Shown here: positions 53,971-64,000 of the stretch, in pieces
Position numbering within the stretch: the first letter of the stretch is position 1
How the letters are laid out: every line of letters begins with the position of its first letter
Assembly: GCA_963755715.1 (NCBI GenBank)
Contig: CAVWLW010000068.1
Span: 53,304-117,303, forward strand
DNA length: 64,000 nucleotides
Source: an uncultured delta proteobacterium
GTDB lineage: Bacteria > Desulfobacterota > Binatia > UBA9968
Reading direction: 5' to 3'
The notes under the pieces: generated by a model
Seen by the model: only the letters and a program-made list of their open reading frames with translations
Database searches by the model: none
Told to the model about the DNA's origin: nothing
Made by a program: the position numbers and the translations under genes

Positions 53971-54309
53971 ATGAACTTACTTGACCTGACACCAGAGCAA
54001 CTAAAACGTGCTGCCTCGATCAAGGAACAGGTCGAGGATCTGAACAAAAAGCTTCGTGCTCTTTTCGGCGCGCCAGTTAGATCGAGAGCTGCGCCAAAGA
54101 GAAAGCGGACCGAAAGCGCTTCTGCGAAAAAGAAGATTGCAGCTTCTCAAAAAGCACGATGGGCAAACCTTCGACGAGCGAAACCATCAACGGATTCCGT
54201 CAAGCCCGCTGCAAAGGCCAAGAAGAAGAGAATGGGTCCGGCAGCGAGAGCGAAGCTGTCCGCCAAGTTGAAGGCTTACTGGGCGGCGAAAAAAACCGGC
54301 AAGAAGTAA
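53971..54309 (+). CDS. Small highly basic (K/R/A-rich) putative DNA-binding protein, copy 1
   Basis: N-terminal coiled coil plus two repeats of (S/G)xxx(K/R)xK(I/L)xAxxKAxWA; conserved with copy 2. Confidence 0.75.
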   Translation: MNLLDLTPEQLKRAASIKEQVEDLNKKLRALFGAPVRSRAAPKRKRTESASAKKKIAASQKARWANLRRAKPSTDSVKPAAKAKKKRMGPAARAKLSAKLKAYWAAKKTGKK

Positions 54310-54744
54310 ACCTGAGCAACTTGATGTCGTGAAGTCGCTAAGTCCCATGTGAGAGTGTCGACTTCTGATGCTTTGTTTGTCCGGCGTCTCTTGCCCTAAG
54401 CCACGCGGTTAGTCTATCCTGCTCGAACTTCACCATATCTGTAGTATCTTTAGTTCAATTTCTTAATTCGCACCACAAGCGACTGTCTCACCGCAGTCAT
54501 CAATGCCGACAAAATAGACGGCGGAGAACCGCGCGCAATGCCCGCGTCGGTTGATCGCTGTTTCATTTGTGAGACTTGCAAAAACACCTGGACTAACTCT
54601 TGCGCGCTGATATGGTCGCCGAGTCTGCCGCTGCCTATGGAAGCGTTTAGTCTGCAGTACCAACTTCGCTGACTAATTTTCTGTACTTGGCTACCGTAAG
54701 TTAGCGCTTGATTTAGAGCGGCCTTACCTGTATGTATTGCAAAT

Positions 54745-55083
54745 ATGAACCCACTTGACCTTACACCTGCCCAACTAAAACGAGCTGCCTCGATCAAGGA
54801 ACAAATCGAGGGTCTGAACAAAGACCTGCGCGCTATCCTTGGTGCGCCAGCTACATCGGGAGCTGCCCCAAAGAAAAACCGGGCCATGAGCGCCTCTGTT
54901 AAAAAGAAGATTGCCGCTACGCAAAAAGCAAGATGGGCAAACCTGCGACGAGCCAAACCAGTAACCTCTTCGGTAAAGCCCACTGCAAAGGCAAAGAAAA
55001 AGACAATGAGTCCCGCGGCCAGAGCGAAGTTGTCCGCCAAATTGAAAGCTTTCTGGGCGGCGAAGAAAGCGGGCAAGAAGTAA
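54745..55083 (+). CDS. Small highly basic putative DNA-binding protein, copy 2
   Basis: Same 112-aa length, 89/112 residues identical to copy 1 by manual alignment. Confidence 0.75.
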   Translation: MNPLDLTPAQLKRAASIKEQIEGLNKDLRAILGAPATSGAAPKKNRAMSASVKKKIAATQKARWANLRRAKPVTSSVKPTAKAKKKTMSPAARAKLSAKLKAFWAAKKAGKK

Positions 55084-55195
55084 CGTTGACGAATTTCTGG
55101 TTTACTAAGTGGGCACGACCGGCTTTGAGCGGTTCGAACCTCGATCCATAAGTTCTGATTTCATGTCTTGGGCGTGATAGTTGCCGCGGCTCAAA

Positions 55196-56251
55196 TCATC
55201 TGCGCGCAAATTCCGAAACAAGTTTCTGCCAGCGATTCATTGCTTCATCGTATTGAGAAGTTGTGAAGCCCTCTTCGGGATACCATCGTTTGAATCCATA
55301 GTCCCTCACGGGGCTGCCGTGTTTAAATGTCTCGATTAGCATTTTCTGTCCTTCGGGACTGAGGAAAAAATCGATCAACAGCAACGCGCCATAAGGATGT
55401 TGGGCGTGGGAGAAGAGCGCGATGCCGCCGGAGATTGCGGGCACCAGGTCCATGGGCGCCCACGCCACCGACGCGCCCTTGTCTACTGCATGACCAATAT
55501 TGCTGTGAATAGCTGTAAACGATATTGGCACCTCTCCCGATACAATTAATTCATTGAAGCCGGGACCATTGAGCCCATGAACCACGACGTCCTGGTCTTT
55601 TAACTTCCTTACGAAAGCTTCGCCTTTCGATTTAATCATGCCGCCGACGAGGCGAGCGGCGACATCGTCGTTGCTGATCGACATTTTTCCTTTTAGCGCC
55701 GGCTTTAGCAGGTCGTCGAAGTTTTTCGGGATGTCGGCTGCAGGCAGGATGTTCTTGTTGTAGCCGACGCCGATATAGGACTCGCGGTCAGCCGTCCAAA
55801 GCACTAGACCGCCGGGAGCTTTTTGTTTCGCGGGTTCGGGGTATTCGGACAGATACGGCGAGGTATACGGCAAAAGAAGTTGGCTATCGCGCAATACCAT
55901 CAAGCCCGGCGGCGAAGTTTCAATGACGTCTCCGAGATAACGCTTCGACTGTGCTTCGGCTAGCACTCTGGAGGCTAACTGCGTGCCGCTGGCGCGATAT
56001 GTCTCGACTGTTACACCAGGGTACTTAGCCTCGAAGATCTTAACAATCTCTTTGTTCGCAATCAGGGACGTGTACCATAAAAACTTGCCTTCTTTCTTAG
56101 CTCCATCATAAAGCACGCGACCCCGGTCAGCGCCGGTGTATTTAGCCAAATCCGGCAGGGTCGCCGGCTTAGGACTCTGAGCCCACGCGCCTCCCGAAAG
56201 ACTTGACAGAAAAAACATCGCGGTGAACAACGAACGTCGAACAAGCATCAA
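55196..56251 (-). CDS. Extracellular solute-binding protein
   Basis: Signal peptide, GAKKEGKFLWYTS, YNKN, DLLKPALKG, HPYGALLLIDF.LS.EGQ. Confidence 0.87.
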   Translation of the reverse strand: MMLVRRSLFTAMFFLSSLSGGAWAQSPKPATLPDLAKYTGADRGRVLYDGAKKEGKFLWYTSLIANKEIVKIFEAKYPGVTVETYRASGTQLASRVLAEAQSKRYLGDVIETSPPGLMVLRDSQLLLPYTSPYLSEYPEPAKQKAPGGLVLWTADRESYIGVGYNKNILPAADIPKNFDDLLKPALKGKMSISNDDVAARLVGGMIKSKGEAFVRKLKDQDVVVHGLNGPGFNELIVSGEVPISFTAIHSNIGHAVDKGASVAWAPMDLVPAISGGIALFSHAQHPYGALLLIDFFLSPEGQKMLIETFKHGSPVRDYGFKRWYPEEGFTTSQYDEAMNRWQKLVSEFARR

Positions 56252-56420
56252 AATACCCCCGGGAGCGTGTTGTACTTTACATTTCTTAGCTGCAGTAAAG
56301 GACGAAAGTCAATGTAAGAAATGCATTCAAAGCCGACCTTTAGGTTGACGAAAGATCCGCTTGTTGGATATCGTCTGAGCAAGAATGCTGATACCGCTAC
56401 TCATCCGAGAGCATGAAACG

Positions 56421-57424
56421 ATGAAGTCCATTTCTCTTGTTCTTCTAATTGCCGCCTTCATTGCTTTGCTTCTCGAGGATCCAGCGCAGCAACTAGAGAA
56501 GACCTCATTGAAGCGGCCAAAAAAGAACGTGAAGTAGTTTTTTATACGACGACGAATATAGAAGAAGCCGCCGCGATGAGTGGTCGCTTCAAGGCGAAGT
56601 ATCCGTTCCTCGACGTCAACATCAACCGGGCGGAAGGCGAACGTATCGTCACCAAAGTCCTGCAAGAGACGCGCGCGAAGAAATCCCTTGTGGACGTGAT
56701 GCAAACCCCGGCATTTTATCTCCACGCACTAAAAAAGAGGGGAATTTTGGGCGAATACGCCTCGACAGAAGATCGCTTTTACCCGCGGAATTTTAAAGAA
56801 GAGAAATCCTGGACCACGACCTACTACAACCCATATGTGGTTCTTTACAACACCAAGCTCGTCTCAGCTCAAAACCTGCCGAAGCGGTACGAAGATCTGC
56901 TGAGTCCTTTCTGGAAAAATAAAATGATCTTGGAAAAGGACAAGATCGATTGGTTTACGGCGATGCTGGAGATTTTGGGAAGAGAAAAGGGCGTCAAATA
57001 CATGAGAGAGCTGTCCAGGCAGAATCCGATGCTGCGGATCGGGCAGACCCTCATAACCCAATTGGTTGCCGCCGGCGAAATAGCGCTGCAGATCAACGCC
57101 AATGCCGTGAGCGTCAACCGGCTAAAGCAAAAAGGCGCACCGATCGATTGGGTTGCGCCAGGACCTCTGCCGGGGCTCATGGTCGGAGTCGGTCTTGTCT
57201 CTCAAGCGCCGCACCCCGCCGCGGCCAGACTGTTCATTGACTTCTTGCTGTCTAAAGAAGGACAACAATTGTATCAAAACGCCGGACGATTGGTCGCGAG
57301 GTCCGACCTGCCTCAAGATGAGAGCATAAAAGTGAGAGGAGCGCAGATTGTGCCGGTCGACCCTGCCTGGGCCGAAAACTTCGACGAAGACTCGAAGCTG
57401 TTGAAAGAGATTTTTTCCAACTGA
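56421..57424 (+). CDS. Extracellular solute-binding protein (frameshift near 56470)
   Basis: MKSISLVLLIAAF signal, then LIEAAKKEREVVFYT joins ORF 56576-57424 (YNTKLV, APHPAAARLFIDFLLSKEGQ). Confidence 0.82.
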
Positions 57425-57512
57425 GAATCGAATAAAGGCAAGTTTCTCGTGGATCGACGACATTATTTTGAACAAATGCGAGGGCGTAACAAAGCATAAT
57501 GTAGAGGTAACT

Positions 57513-58694
57513 ATGCCGGAGCAAACGATCAAAGACAAAACTGCGATCGCCGGGATTGGCTGGACCGCGTTTTCGCGCAAATCCGGAGTCACGACGTTGA
57601 CCCTCGCCGCCGAGGCGAGCCTCAAGGCGATCGCAGATGCGGGGCTGCAAGTCCAAGACATCGATGGGGTGGTTTCATTTTACCACCGACAGCCGGAAGG
57701 CCAGATGGTGCGGGAGTTGGTTCGCGCGCTCGGACTAAAGAAATGCAACTTCGAATTCTACAGCGACGGTGGCGGCGGTTGGAACTGCGGCGCGGTGCTC
57801 TCCGGCGCCATGCTCGTGCATTCGGGGATTTGCAAAAATGTATTGGTTTTCAAAGCGCGTAATCGTTATAGCCAAGGCCGCGCCGCGCGCGCGGAGCGGG
57901 CCAACGACGTCAAGGGCGACGCGCAATTCACGACCCCTTTCGGCATCCACCATGCCGCGGCTTCTTTCGGTCCCATCGCCACGGCTCACATGGCGCGTTA
58001 CGGCACCACGACCTTGGACTTCGCCCATCTCGCCGTCACCGAGCGCAGTCACGCCGCACTCAACCAAAAGGCGATGATGCGCAAGCCCATCACCATCGAA
58101 GACCATCAAAACTCGCGCTGGATCATTTATCCGTTTCGATTGCTCGATTGCTGCCAGGAAAGTGACGGCGGCGTCGCGCTGGTAATCACCTCGGCGGAAC
58201 GGGCGCGCGATCTGAAACATGCGCCGGTCTATATCATGTCGGGCATGGGCGGCCAGGGTCAGACAGCGGGTCTTTGGGAAACCAATGGTGTCAACGCGGC
58301 GCCGCTGCTTTATGAAGGAGCGGGCATCACTCCGAAAGACGTCAGCATCGCCGAAATCTACGATCCCTTCACCTTCATGTGCATGACGCATATCGAAGAC
58401 TTCGGTTTAGTGAAGAAGGGAGATATCGGCGGATGGGTCACGGCGGGCCACAATCGCCTCGACGGCACCCTGCCGGTGAATACCCACGGCGGGCTCATGT
58501 CCGAGGCGCACATTCACGGGCTCAATCATGTGATCGAGGCGGTCCAGCAACTGCGCCCCGAAGGGGTCGTCGATGACTTGTGCGACGGCCCGCATACCTA
58601 TGACCGTTCCACTTGCCGCCAGGTGCGAAACCCGGAGATCGCGCTGGTCTGCGGCGAGTGCGGCGAGAGCGCCATGCTGCTGAGGAGGGCATAA
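57513..58694 (+). CDS. SCP-x/Ltp2-type thiolase-like protein
   Basis: AIAGIG, LLDCCQESDGG, EIYDPFT, VNTHGGLMSEAH, EAVQQLR. Confidence 0.88.
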   Translation: MPEQTIKDKTAIAGIGWTAFSRKSGVTTLTLAAEASLKAIADAGLQVQDIDGVVSFYHRQPEGQMVRELVRALGLKKCNFEFYSDGGGGWNCGAVLSGAMLVHSGICKNVLVFKARNRYSQGRAARAERANDVKGDAQFTTPFGIHHAAASFGPIATAHMARYGTTTLDFAHLAVTERSHAALNQKAMMRKPITIEDHQNSRWIIYPFRLLDCCQESDGGVALVITSAERARDLKHAPVYIMSGMGGQGQTAGLWETNGVNAAPLLYEGAGITPKDVSIAEIYDPFTFMCMTHIEDFGLVKKGDIGGWVTAGHNRLDGTLPVNTHGGLMSEAHIHGLNHVIEAVQQLRPEGVVDDLCDGPHTYDRSTCRQVRNPEIALVCGECGESAMLLRRA

Positions 58695-58696
58695 CG

Positions 58697-59113
58697 ATGG
58701 CAGACTATACCAAGCCGCTACCGATACCGGATATCGACTCGCAGCCATTCTGGGACCGATGCAAAGCGCACGAGCTTTCGGCGCAGCGCTGCGGTGACTG
58801 TGGAAAGTTTCGCTGGCCGCCCCAAGCTTTCTGCCCGCATTGCTATTCCTGGAAATTCGACTGGACCAAGCTCAGCGAAACCGGCACCGTGTATTCTTTC
58901 GTGGTCGTGCATTATGTGTCGATTCCTGCTTTCGAGAGCGACGTGCCGTATGTCGTAGCGCATATCACTCTCGACAATACTGACGATCAGATAACGATGA
59001 TTAGCAACGTGATCCAATGTCCGTGGCAGGAAGTCCGAATAGGGATGCCCGTGCGATTGGTCTTCGAAGATGTCACGTCGGAGGTGACTCTGCCGAAGTT
59101 CCGTCCAATGTAA
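58697..59113 (+). CDS. DUF35 Zn-ribbon/OB-fold protein
   Basis: PFW, QRCGDCG..PP..CPHC, GTVYSF, PYVVA, IGMPV, LPKFRP. Confidence 0.9.
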   Translation: MADYTKPLPIPDIDSQPFWDRCKAHELSAQRCGDCGKFRWPPQAFCPHCYSWKFDWTKLSETGTVYSFVVVHYVSIPAFESDVPYVVAHITLDNTDDQITMISNVIQCPWQEVRIGMPVRLVFEDVTSEVTLPKFRPM

Positions 59114-59154
59114 AAGGTACTCCAACACTCCAGCTCTTCAAGGAGGATCGAACC

Positions 59155-60315
59155 ATGTCCGGCGCTCTCCAAGACTTACGTGTGATCGATTTTACTCACG
59201 CCCTCGCCGGACCCTTCTGCGTAATGTTGCTTGGTCATCTAGGCGCCGACATTATCAAGGTCGAGCCGCCCAACGGCGATGAGTTTCGCCGGATATGGAT
59301 GCAACCCGGCGCCACCACGGATGCCTACGAGTCCTTGTGGATAAACGTCAACAAGAAAAGCATCGTCCTTAATCTAAAGAATCAAAAAGGTGTGGAGATT
59401 GCGCGCAAGCTCATTGCGCGCGCCGATGTGCTCGTCGAGAACTACCAAAAAGGGGTGATGGAACGATTCGGTTTGGACTACGACTCGGTCAAAGCGCTCA
59501 ACCCGCGGCTGGTCTACGCCTGCTCGCGCGGTTACGGCGAGTGGGGACCCTATGCGAACTACGGCAATACCGCAGCGAGCAACAACAGCATCGCCGGCTG
59601 GACCCATAGCGCGTGGAAGAACAACGGCGCGCCGGGAACCAAGACGCTCGGCATCGGGGACGAAGCTGCGGGTGTGAGCATTGCGCTTGGTATCCTCGCG
59701 GCTCTCCACGCGCGCGAGCGCACCGGCGAGGGTCAGAAGGTAGAGGTTTCGATGCAAGAAGCCGTCCTTGGTTTTATGACCAGCTCGATGCACGAGCATT
59801 TCACCGGCAATAGCGTCGGCAATCGGCCCATGAAAGTGGCCGACGGCTATTTTACTTTGCGGGTGCCGGAAATGAGCGATGCCGTTTGGGCGCAGACAGC
59901 TCCACTGATCGGTGGAAACGATCTACTGCAAGATCCCCGCTTTACAACAGCGGCGGCGCGTCGGCAGCACCGCGCCGAACTGGAGCAGATAGTCCGAACC
60001 TGGGCAAGCGGAAAAACTCGCCAGGAAATTTGGGACGGATTGCGCGAGCTGGATTATTTCGGCGCGCCTGTCCTGTCCATCGGCGAGGTGATGGAAGATC
60101 AGCATATCAAAGAGCGCCGCGCGTTTATTGAACGCGATCACCCGACCGCGGGACGCACTACATTACTTGCTCCCTGGATCCATCTATCCAAAACACCTAC
60201 CAGCATCCACCATGATGCGCCCGCCATCGGCCAGCATACCGACGAGGTGCTCGGCGGTCTTGGGTTGACCACGGCGGACTTGGCGGATCTGCGGGCACAG
60301 GGTGTTGTTAAGTGA
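59155..60315 (+). CDS. Family III CoA-transferase
   Basis: LRVIDF, AGP, LGADIIKVEPP.GD, NKKS, catalytic Asp in IGDEAAG, APAIGQHT. Confidence 0.92.
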   Translation: MSGALQDLRVIDFTHALAGPFCVMLLGHLGADIIKVEPPNGDEFRRIWMQPGATTDAYESLWINVNKKSIVLNLKNQKGVEIARKLIARADVLVENYQKGVMERFGLDYDSVKALNPRLVYACSRGYGEWGPYANYGNTAASNNSIAGWTHSAWKNNGAPGTKTLGIGDEAAGVSIALGILAALHARERTGEGQKVEVSMQEAVLGFMTSSMHEHFTGNSVGNRPMKVADGYFTLRVPEMSDAVWAQTAPLIGGNDLLQDPRFTTAAARRQHRAELEQIVRTWASGKTRQEIWDGLRELDYFGAPVLSIGEVMEDQHIKERRAFIERDHPTAGRTTLLAPWIHLSKTPTSIHHDAPAIGQHTDEVLGGLGLTTADLADLRAQGVVK

Positions 60316-60356
60316 AACAGCGTCCCAGAAGATCCGAAGCGATTTATTGAAAAAAC

Positions 60357-60403
60357 TGGAGCCACCCGCCGGAGTCGAACCGGCGACCTACTGATTACGA
60401 ATC
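60357..60403 (-). mobile_element. 3' half of tRNA-Thr(CGT): probable att site (island end)
   Basis: Minus strand GATTCGTAATCAGTAGGTCGCCGGTTCGACTCCGGCGGGTGGCTCCA contains anticodon loop CGT, T-arm GGTTCGA and CCA. The 5' half (D-arm, acceptor strand) is absent. Confidence 0.8.
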
Positions 60404-61002
60404 GGGGCAACACGCTAAGAACAACCGGAGAGTCCAACCTCCCCGATAACCTTGCAGGTTGATGCTATGTTGTTCGGGGTTTTTGGGGTCTCTTCGGAAA
60501 GAGTTCTCGGACAAAGCGGACACGGTCAAAGCCGTCTTGTGTCAGCTTGACACCTAAGCACGTTCGGACCTCCGCACGCCTTGGACGATTCCCGCCCACA
60601 CCAATGCTTTCATTGGGTTGATGCAGACATAATATATCGCCACGGCGACTACGGTGAATATGACAATTGTCCGTAAAATCTGCCTCAGCCGGTTTTGCGT
60701 TAAAGACTATTCTTCCAACGGAAATACTTGATAAGCGTCGTCGGCTGCGCCGTGGCTGCTGGGACCATCCATAACACTTGAGTATGTCGTCTCCACTTTG
60801 CATTGGCGAAGTAGGGGGAGTATAAGCATCGGCTATCCGCCGGAAAATTGAAGCACAATCGAACCGTCGAAATCGTTGAGGAGAAAATCGAATAACCGCT
60901 ATCCTCACCGCACAATACGCCGGAGAAAAGTAGATAAGAAAACGTAACGGTTTCCAAGCAATCGCCAGCGACCTGAGCTGAAGAAGAAAAAGAACGTGCG
61001 CA

Positions 61003-62594
61003 ATGAGGGTGAAGCGAGCCATTGTTACTGGCGCAGCCCTAACTATCGGGCTGGCAGTGTTCGTCGAAGGATGTTTACTCGGACCGAACTTCAAGTCCCC
61101 GCCAGTAGGTATTGCCGACAAATGGATGGAAGAAGGGAATCAATCGGTGGATCCCCGTGCGGCGGACCATCGAGATTGGTGGACGGTATTCAACGATCCC
61201 GTCCTGAGCGACTTGATCCAGCTCGCGTATCAGCGAAATCTCACGCTGCAAAGCGCCGGAGTACGAGTCCTGGAAGCCCGCGCGCGCCTTGGAATCGCTA
61301 TCGGCGAGTTCTACCCGCAAAAACAGCTGGTCGGCGCATCGTTAACGCATAATCAAATTCCCATTTCGTTGCCGCAAAACGTCATTACCAATACCTACTG
61401 GTCGGACCAATTCGGCGCTCAGGCCGCATGGGAGCTGGATTTCTGGGTAAGCTGCGCCGCGCCATCGAATCGGCCGACCGCGCCTTTTTGGCCTCGGTGG
61501 CCAACTACGATGACGTGCTCGTGACCTTGGTGGCTGATGTTGCCAGCGCGTACGTGAAGATCCGGACCAACGAACGGCAAATCGCCATCGCCCATGACAA
61601 CATCACGCGTCAGCGCACGGCCCTGAAGCTCGCCACGGTCAAATTCCAGTATGGCACGGTCGCCAGGCGTGACGTTTATCAGGCCGAGAATGTTCTCGGC
61701 GCTACCGAGGCGACCATTCCGCAGTTGAATATACAACTCGCACAGACAAAAGACGCGCTCAGTGTATTGCTCGGCATGCCCCCAGGGCGGCTGGATAATT
61801 TGCTCGCTGGCTCCGACGATATTCCCACCAGTCCCGAACAGGTGATTGTCGGGATTCCCGCAGATCTGCTCCGCCGTCGACCCGATGTCAGGCGCGCGGA
61901 ACTCCAGGCGGCTGCGCAGTCCGCGCAGATTGGCGTCGCCAAGGCCGACCTCTTTCCAACTTTTGCTCTGGTCGGCAATGTTGGCACGCTGGCGACCGAT
62001 GTCGGTACCAACAATCTCGGCGATCTTTTCTCGCGCGGCAGTTTCCTTTACAGCGCCGGCCCCAGTGTGCAATGGAACATTTTGAACTACGGGCAAATTA
62101 CCAATAACGTGCGGGTCCAGGACGCTAAATTTCAGCAACTGCTCATCGACTACCAAAACACAGTCCTGAAAGCGCAGCAGGAAGTGGAGGACGGGATTGC
62201 GGCATTTATCCACTCGCGCGAGCAGGCAAATTTTCTGCGCCAGAGTGTCAACGCGGCTGAAGGTGCTTTGCGCATTGCGATGCTCCAATACCGCGAAGGC
62301 ATTGCCGATTTCACCACGGTTCTGACCGCAGAGCAAAACCTCTATCAAGCGCAGAATAATCTCGCCCTCGCTACGGGAAGCATAGCCTTGGGACTGATTA
62401 CGACGTACCGCGCATTGGGCGGCGGATGGCAGATTCGCGAAGGTAAAGACTTTATTCCTGCCGAAACGCAGCAGGAGATGCGTGAGCGGACCAACTGGGG
62501 CACTTGGCTGACGCCCGAGTTGCTCACGCCCCAGGCGCCGGGACTTCCCTCGCCTCAGGACCAAGGACCGCCAGTCCGATTGCCTGAATGGTGA
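61003..62594 (+). CDS. TolC/NodT-family outer-membrane efflux lipoprotein (frameshift near 61445)
   Basis: Lipobox-like EGC.LGPNF, WWTVFNDP.L, WELDFWG, LLRRRPDV, YRALGGGW. Confidence 0.88.
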
Positions 62595-62672
62595 CGAGCC
62601 AACGGCAACTTTCAGACTGGTCCGGTCAAAAGGAGCAACCCACAGCAGTAATGAAAGGGAGGATTTCACTAG

Positions 62673-63840
62673 GTGCGTTTGCGGCATGATACGTTTTGGT
62701 TGCTAATTCTCATCAGTGTGGGCGTCGTCGGCTGCCGCTCCAATCCTGGTACTTCGACGGCGGTGCCCGCGACGGTTACGATCGCCAAGCCCGCTACCCA
62801 GAGCGTGACCGAATATCTCAATTTCACCGGCAATACCGCTGCGATTGATTCCGTGACGCTGGTGGCGCGCGTCGAAGGATATTTGGAAAAAGTCCACTTT
62901 AAGGATGGCGCTCCGGTCAAGACCGGCGATCTCCTGTTCACCATTCAGCAGGATCAGTACAAGGCGCAGCTTCAACAGGCGAATGCGCAGGTCGCCGCGC
63001 AACAGGCAGCACTGGCGCATGCCAAAGAGGAGCTGGCTCGCTATACGGGCTTGTTTAAAGAGGATGCCGCGCCGCAAACCCAAGTGGATCGCTGGCAATA
63101 TGAGAGAGACTCTGCCGCCGCGGCGCTGCTCTCCGCCCAGGCGCAGGTCGAACTCGCCAAGCTGAATCTTGGCTATACCCAGATAAAAGCACCTTTTGAT
63201 GGCAGGATCGGCAGACACCTGGTGGATCCCGGGAATGTTGTCGGTGCGGCCGGCGTGCGAACGTCGCTGGCCGACATAGAGCGCATCGATCCGCTGTATG
63301 TCTATTTCACGGTCAATGAGCGCGACCTGCTGCGCGTAATCGAGCACAGGAAACAGACCTCCGCGCCTCCCATAGCGGAAAGGCGCGTTCCCGTCTTTTT
63401 CGGATTATCCAATGAGGAAGGATATCCCCCATGAAGGGCGGCTGGATTTTGCTTCCATCAGCGTCTCGTCGACGACGGGAACTCTACAGGCGCGAGGCAT
63501 CTTTCCGAATCCGGATCGCAGCATTCTGCCCGGGCTCTTCGTGCGCGTGCGTGTGCCCGCGTTGGAGAAGAAAGACGCGCTGCTGGTCCCGGGAGATGCC
63601 GTAAGTTTTGATCAGCAGGGCGAATACGTCCTGGTCGTCAATGACAAAAACATCGTCGAACGCCGAGGCGTCAAAACCGGATCTCAGGTCGGTAGCATGC
63701 TGGTGATTGGAGAGGGACTCAAACCTGACGATCGGGTCATTGTTGAAGGTATCCTGCAAGCGATTCCAGGTCGGGTGGTGAAAGCGCAGCAAGCCGAAAA
63801 AATTTCGCCGTCGGCGCAAAGCAAAAAGATTACTGAGTGA
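62673..63840 (+). CDS. RND efflux membrane fusion protein (frameshift near 63430)
   Basis: Lipobox VGC, ARVEGYL, GDLLFTI, IKAPFDG, TGT, LPGLFVRV, GLKPDDRVIVEG. Confidence 0.88.
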
Positions 63841-63940
63841 GAGTTGTCGAAAAGTCCAAGCGTCTATCGATAATACCGGACCCCTTCTTCGCGCCATGCT
63901 GCGTGTCTCTAGTTAGTTAAAGGAAAAAAATCTCACTATC

Positions 63941-64000
63941 ATGTCGAAATTCTTTATCGAGCACCCGATCCTTGCGAACGTGATTGCCATTATCACGATC
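63941..64000 (+). CDS. RND efflux permease (AcrB-like), start only
   Basis: MSKFFIEHPILANVIAII, a typical AcrB/MexB N-terminus, following OMF and MFP genes. Confidence 0.8.
   Translation, partial: MSKFFIEHPILANVIAIITI

Larger units (their letters stand above)
53932..55083 (+). repeat. Diverged tandem duplication of gene plus upstream region (53932-54309 and 54706-55083)
   Basis: Both copies start CGCTTGATTTAGA(A/G)CGGC at the same distance from the ATG and end GGCAAGAAGTAA. Confidence 0.85.

Noticed and set aside
54450-55076. 208-aa minus-strand ORF
   Set aside because: It is the antisense shadow of basic-protein copy 2 and has no recognisable motif.
60357-60435. Intact tRNA-Thr
   Set aside because: Sequence beyond 60403 cannot form the anticodon 5' stem, D-arm or acceptor stem, so it is called a fragment.
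60465-61121. 218-aa and 85-aa minus-strand ORFs next to the att site
   Set aside because: No integrase or other motifs and atypical composition; left uncalled.
61419-62687. 422-aa minus-strand ORF and similar long antisense ORFs (e.g. 49394-50191, 47979-48635, 9364-10146)
   Set aside because: They lie antisense to well-supported genes, as expected from GC-rich codon bias.

Overview
Bacterial chromosome segment of about 55% GC (estimated by eye) that spans the replication origin. Gene order is deltaproteobacterial-like, and the expansion of solute-binding proteins, cupins and CoA-transferases suggests Ca. Binatia/Binatota (inference). 1-27 kb is core genome: dnaN-oriC-dnaA, hemL, the F0 ATP synthase genes, gmhA, a DegT aminotransferase, an HD hydrolase, an archease-like gene, larB, thiL, lon, dnaJ-dnaK-grpE, recO and ppdK. 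26.7-38.7 kb is a type IV pilus locus (pilB, pilC, pilA) followed by a GT2/GT-C/YfhO glycosylation module. The usual pilS+pilR pair is replaced by one in-frame protein, membrane sensor + PAS + sigma54 AAA+ + HTH, with no kinase or receiver domain. This is the strongest candidate for an undescribed system. 40-60 kb is an accessory catabolic region (NahE-like aldolase, family III CoA-transferases, MaoC pair, VOC, bicupin, thiolase-like/DUF35, five orphan solute-binding proteins). It is interrupted by ligD without Ku plus two tandem very basic proteins. A 3' half of tRNA-Thr(CGT) at 60.4 kb marks a probable island boundary ahead of an RND efflux operon. About ten genes carry 1-2 bp frameshifts, several in homopolymers, most likely sequencing errors. 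No CRISPR array, rRNA, intact tRNA or transposase was seen.
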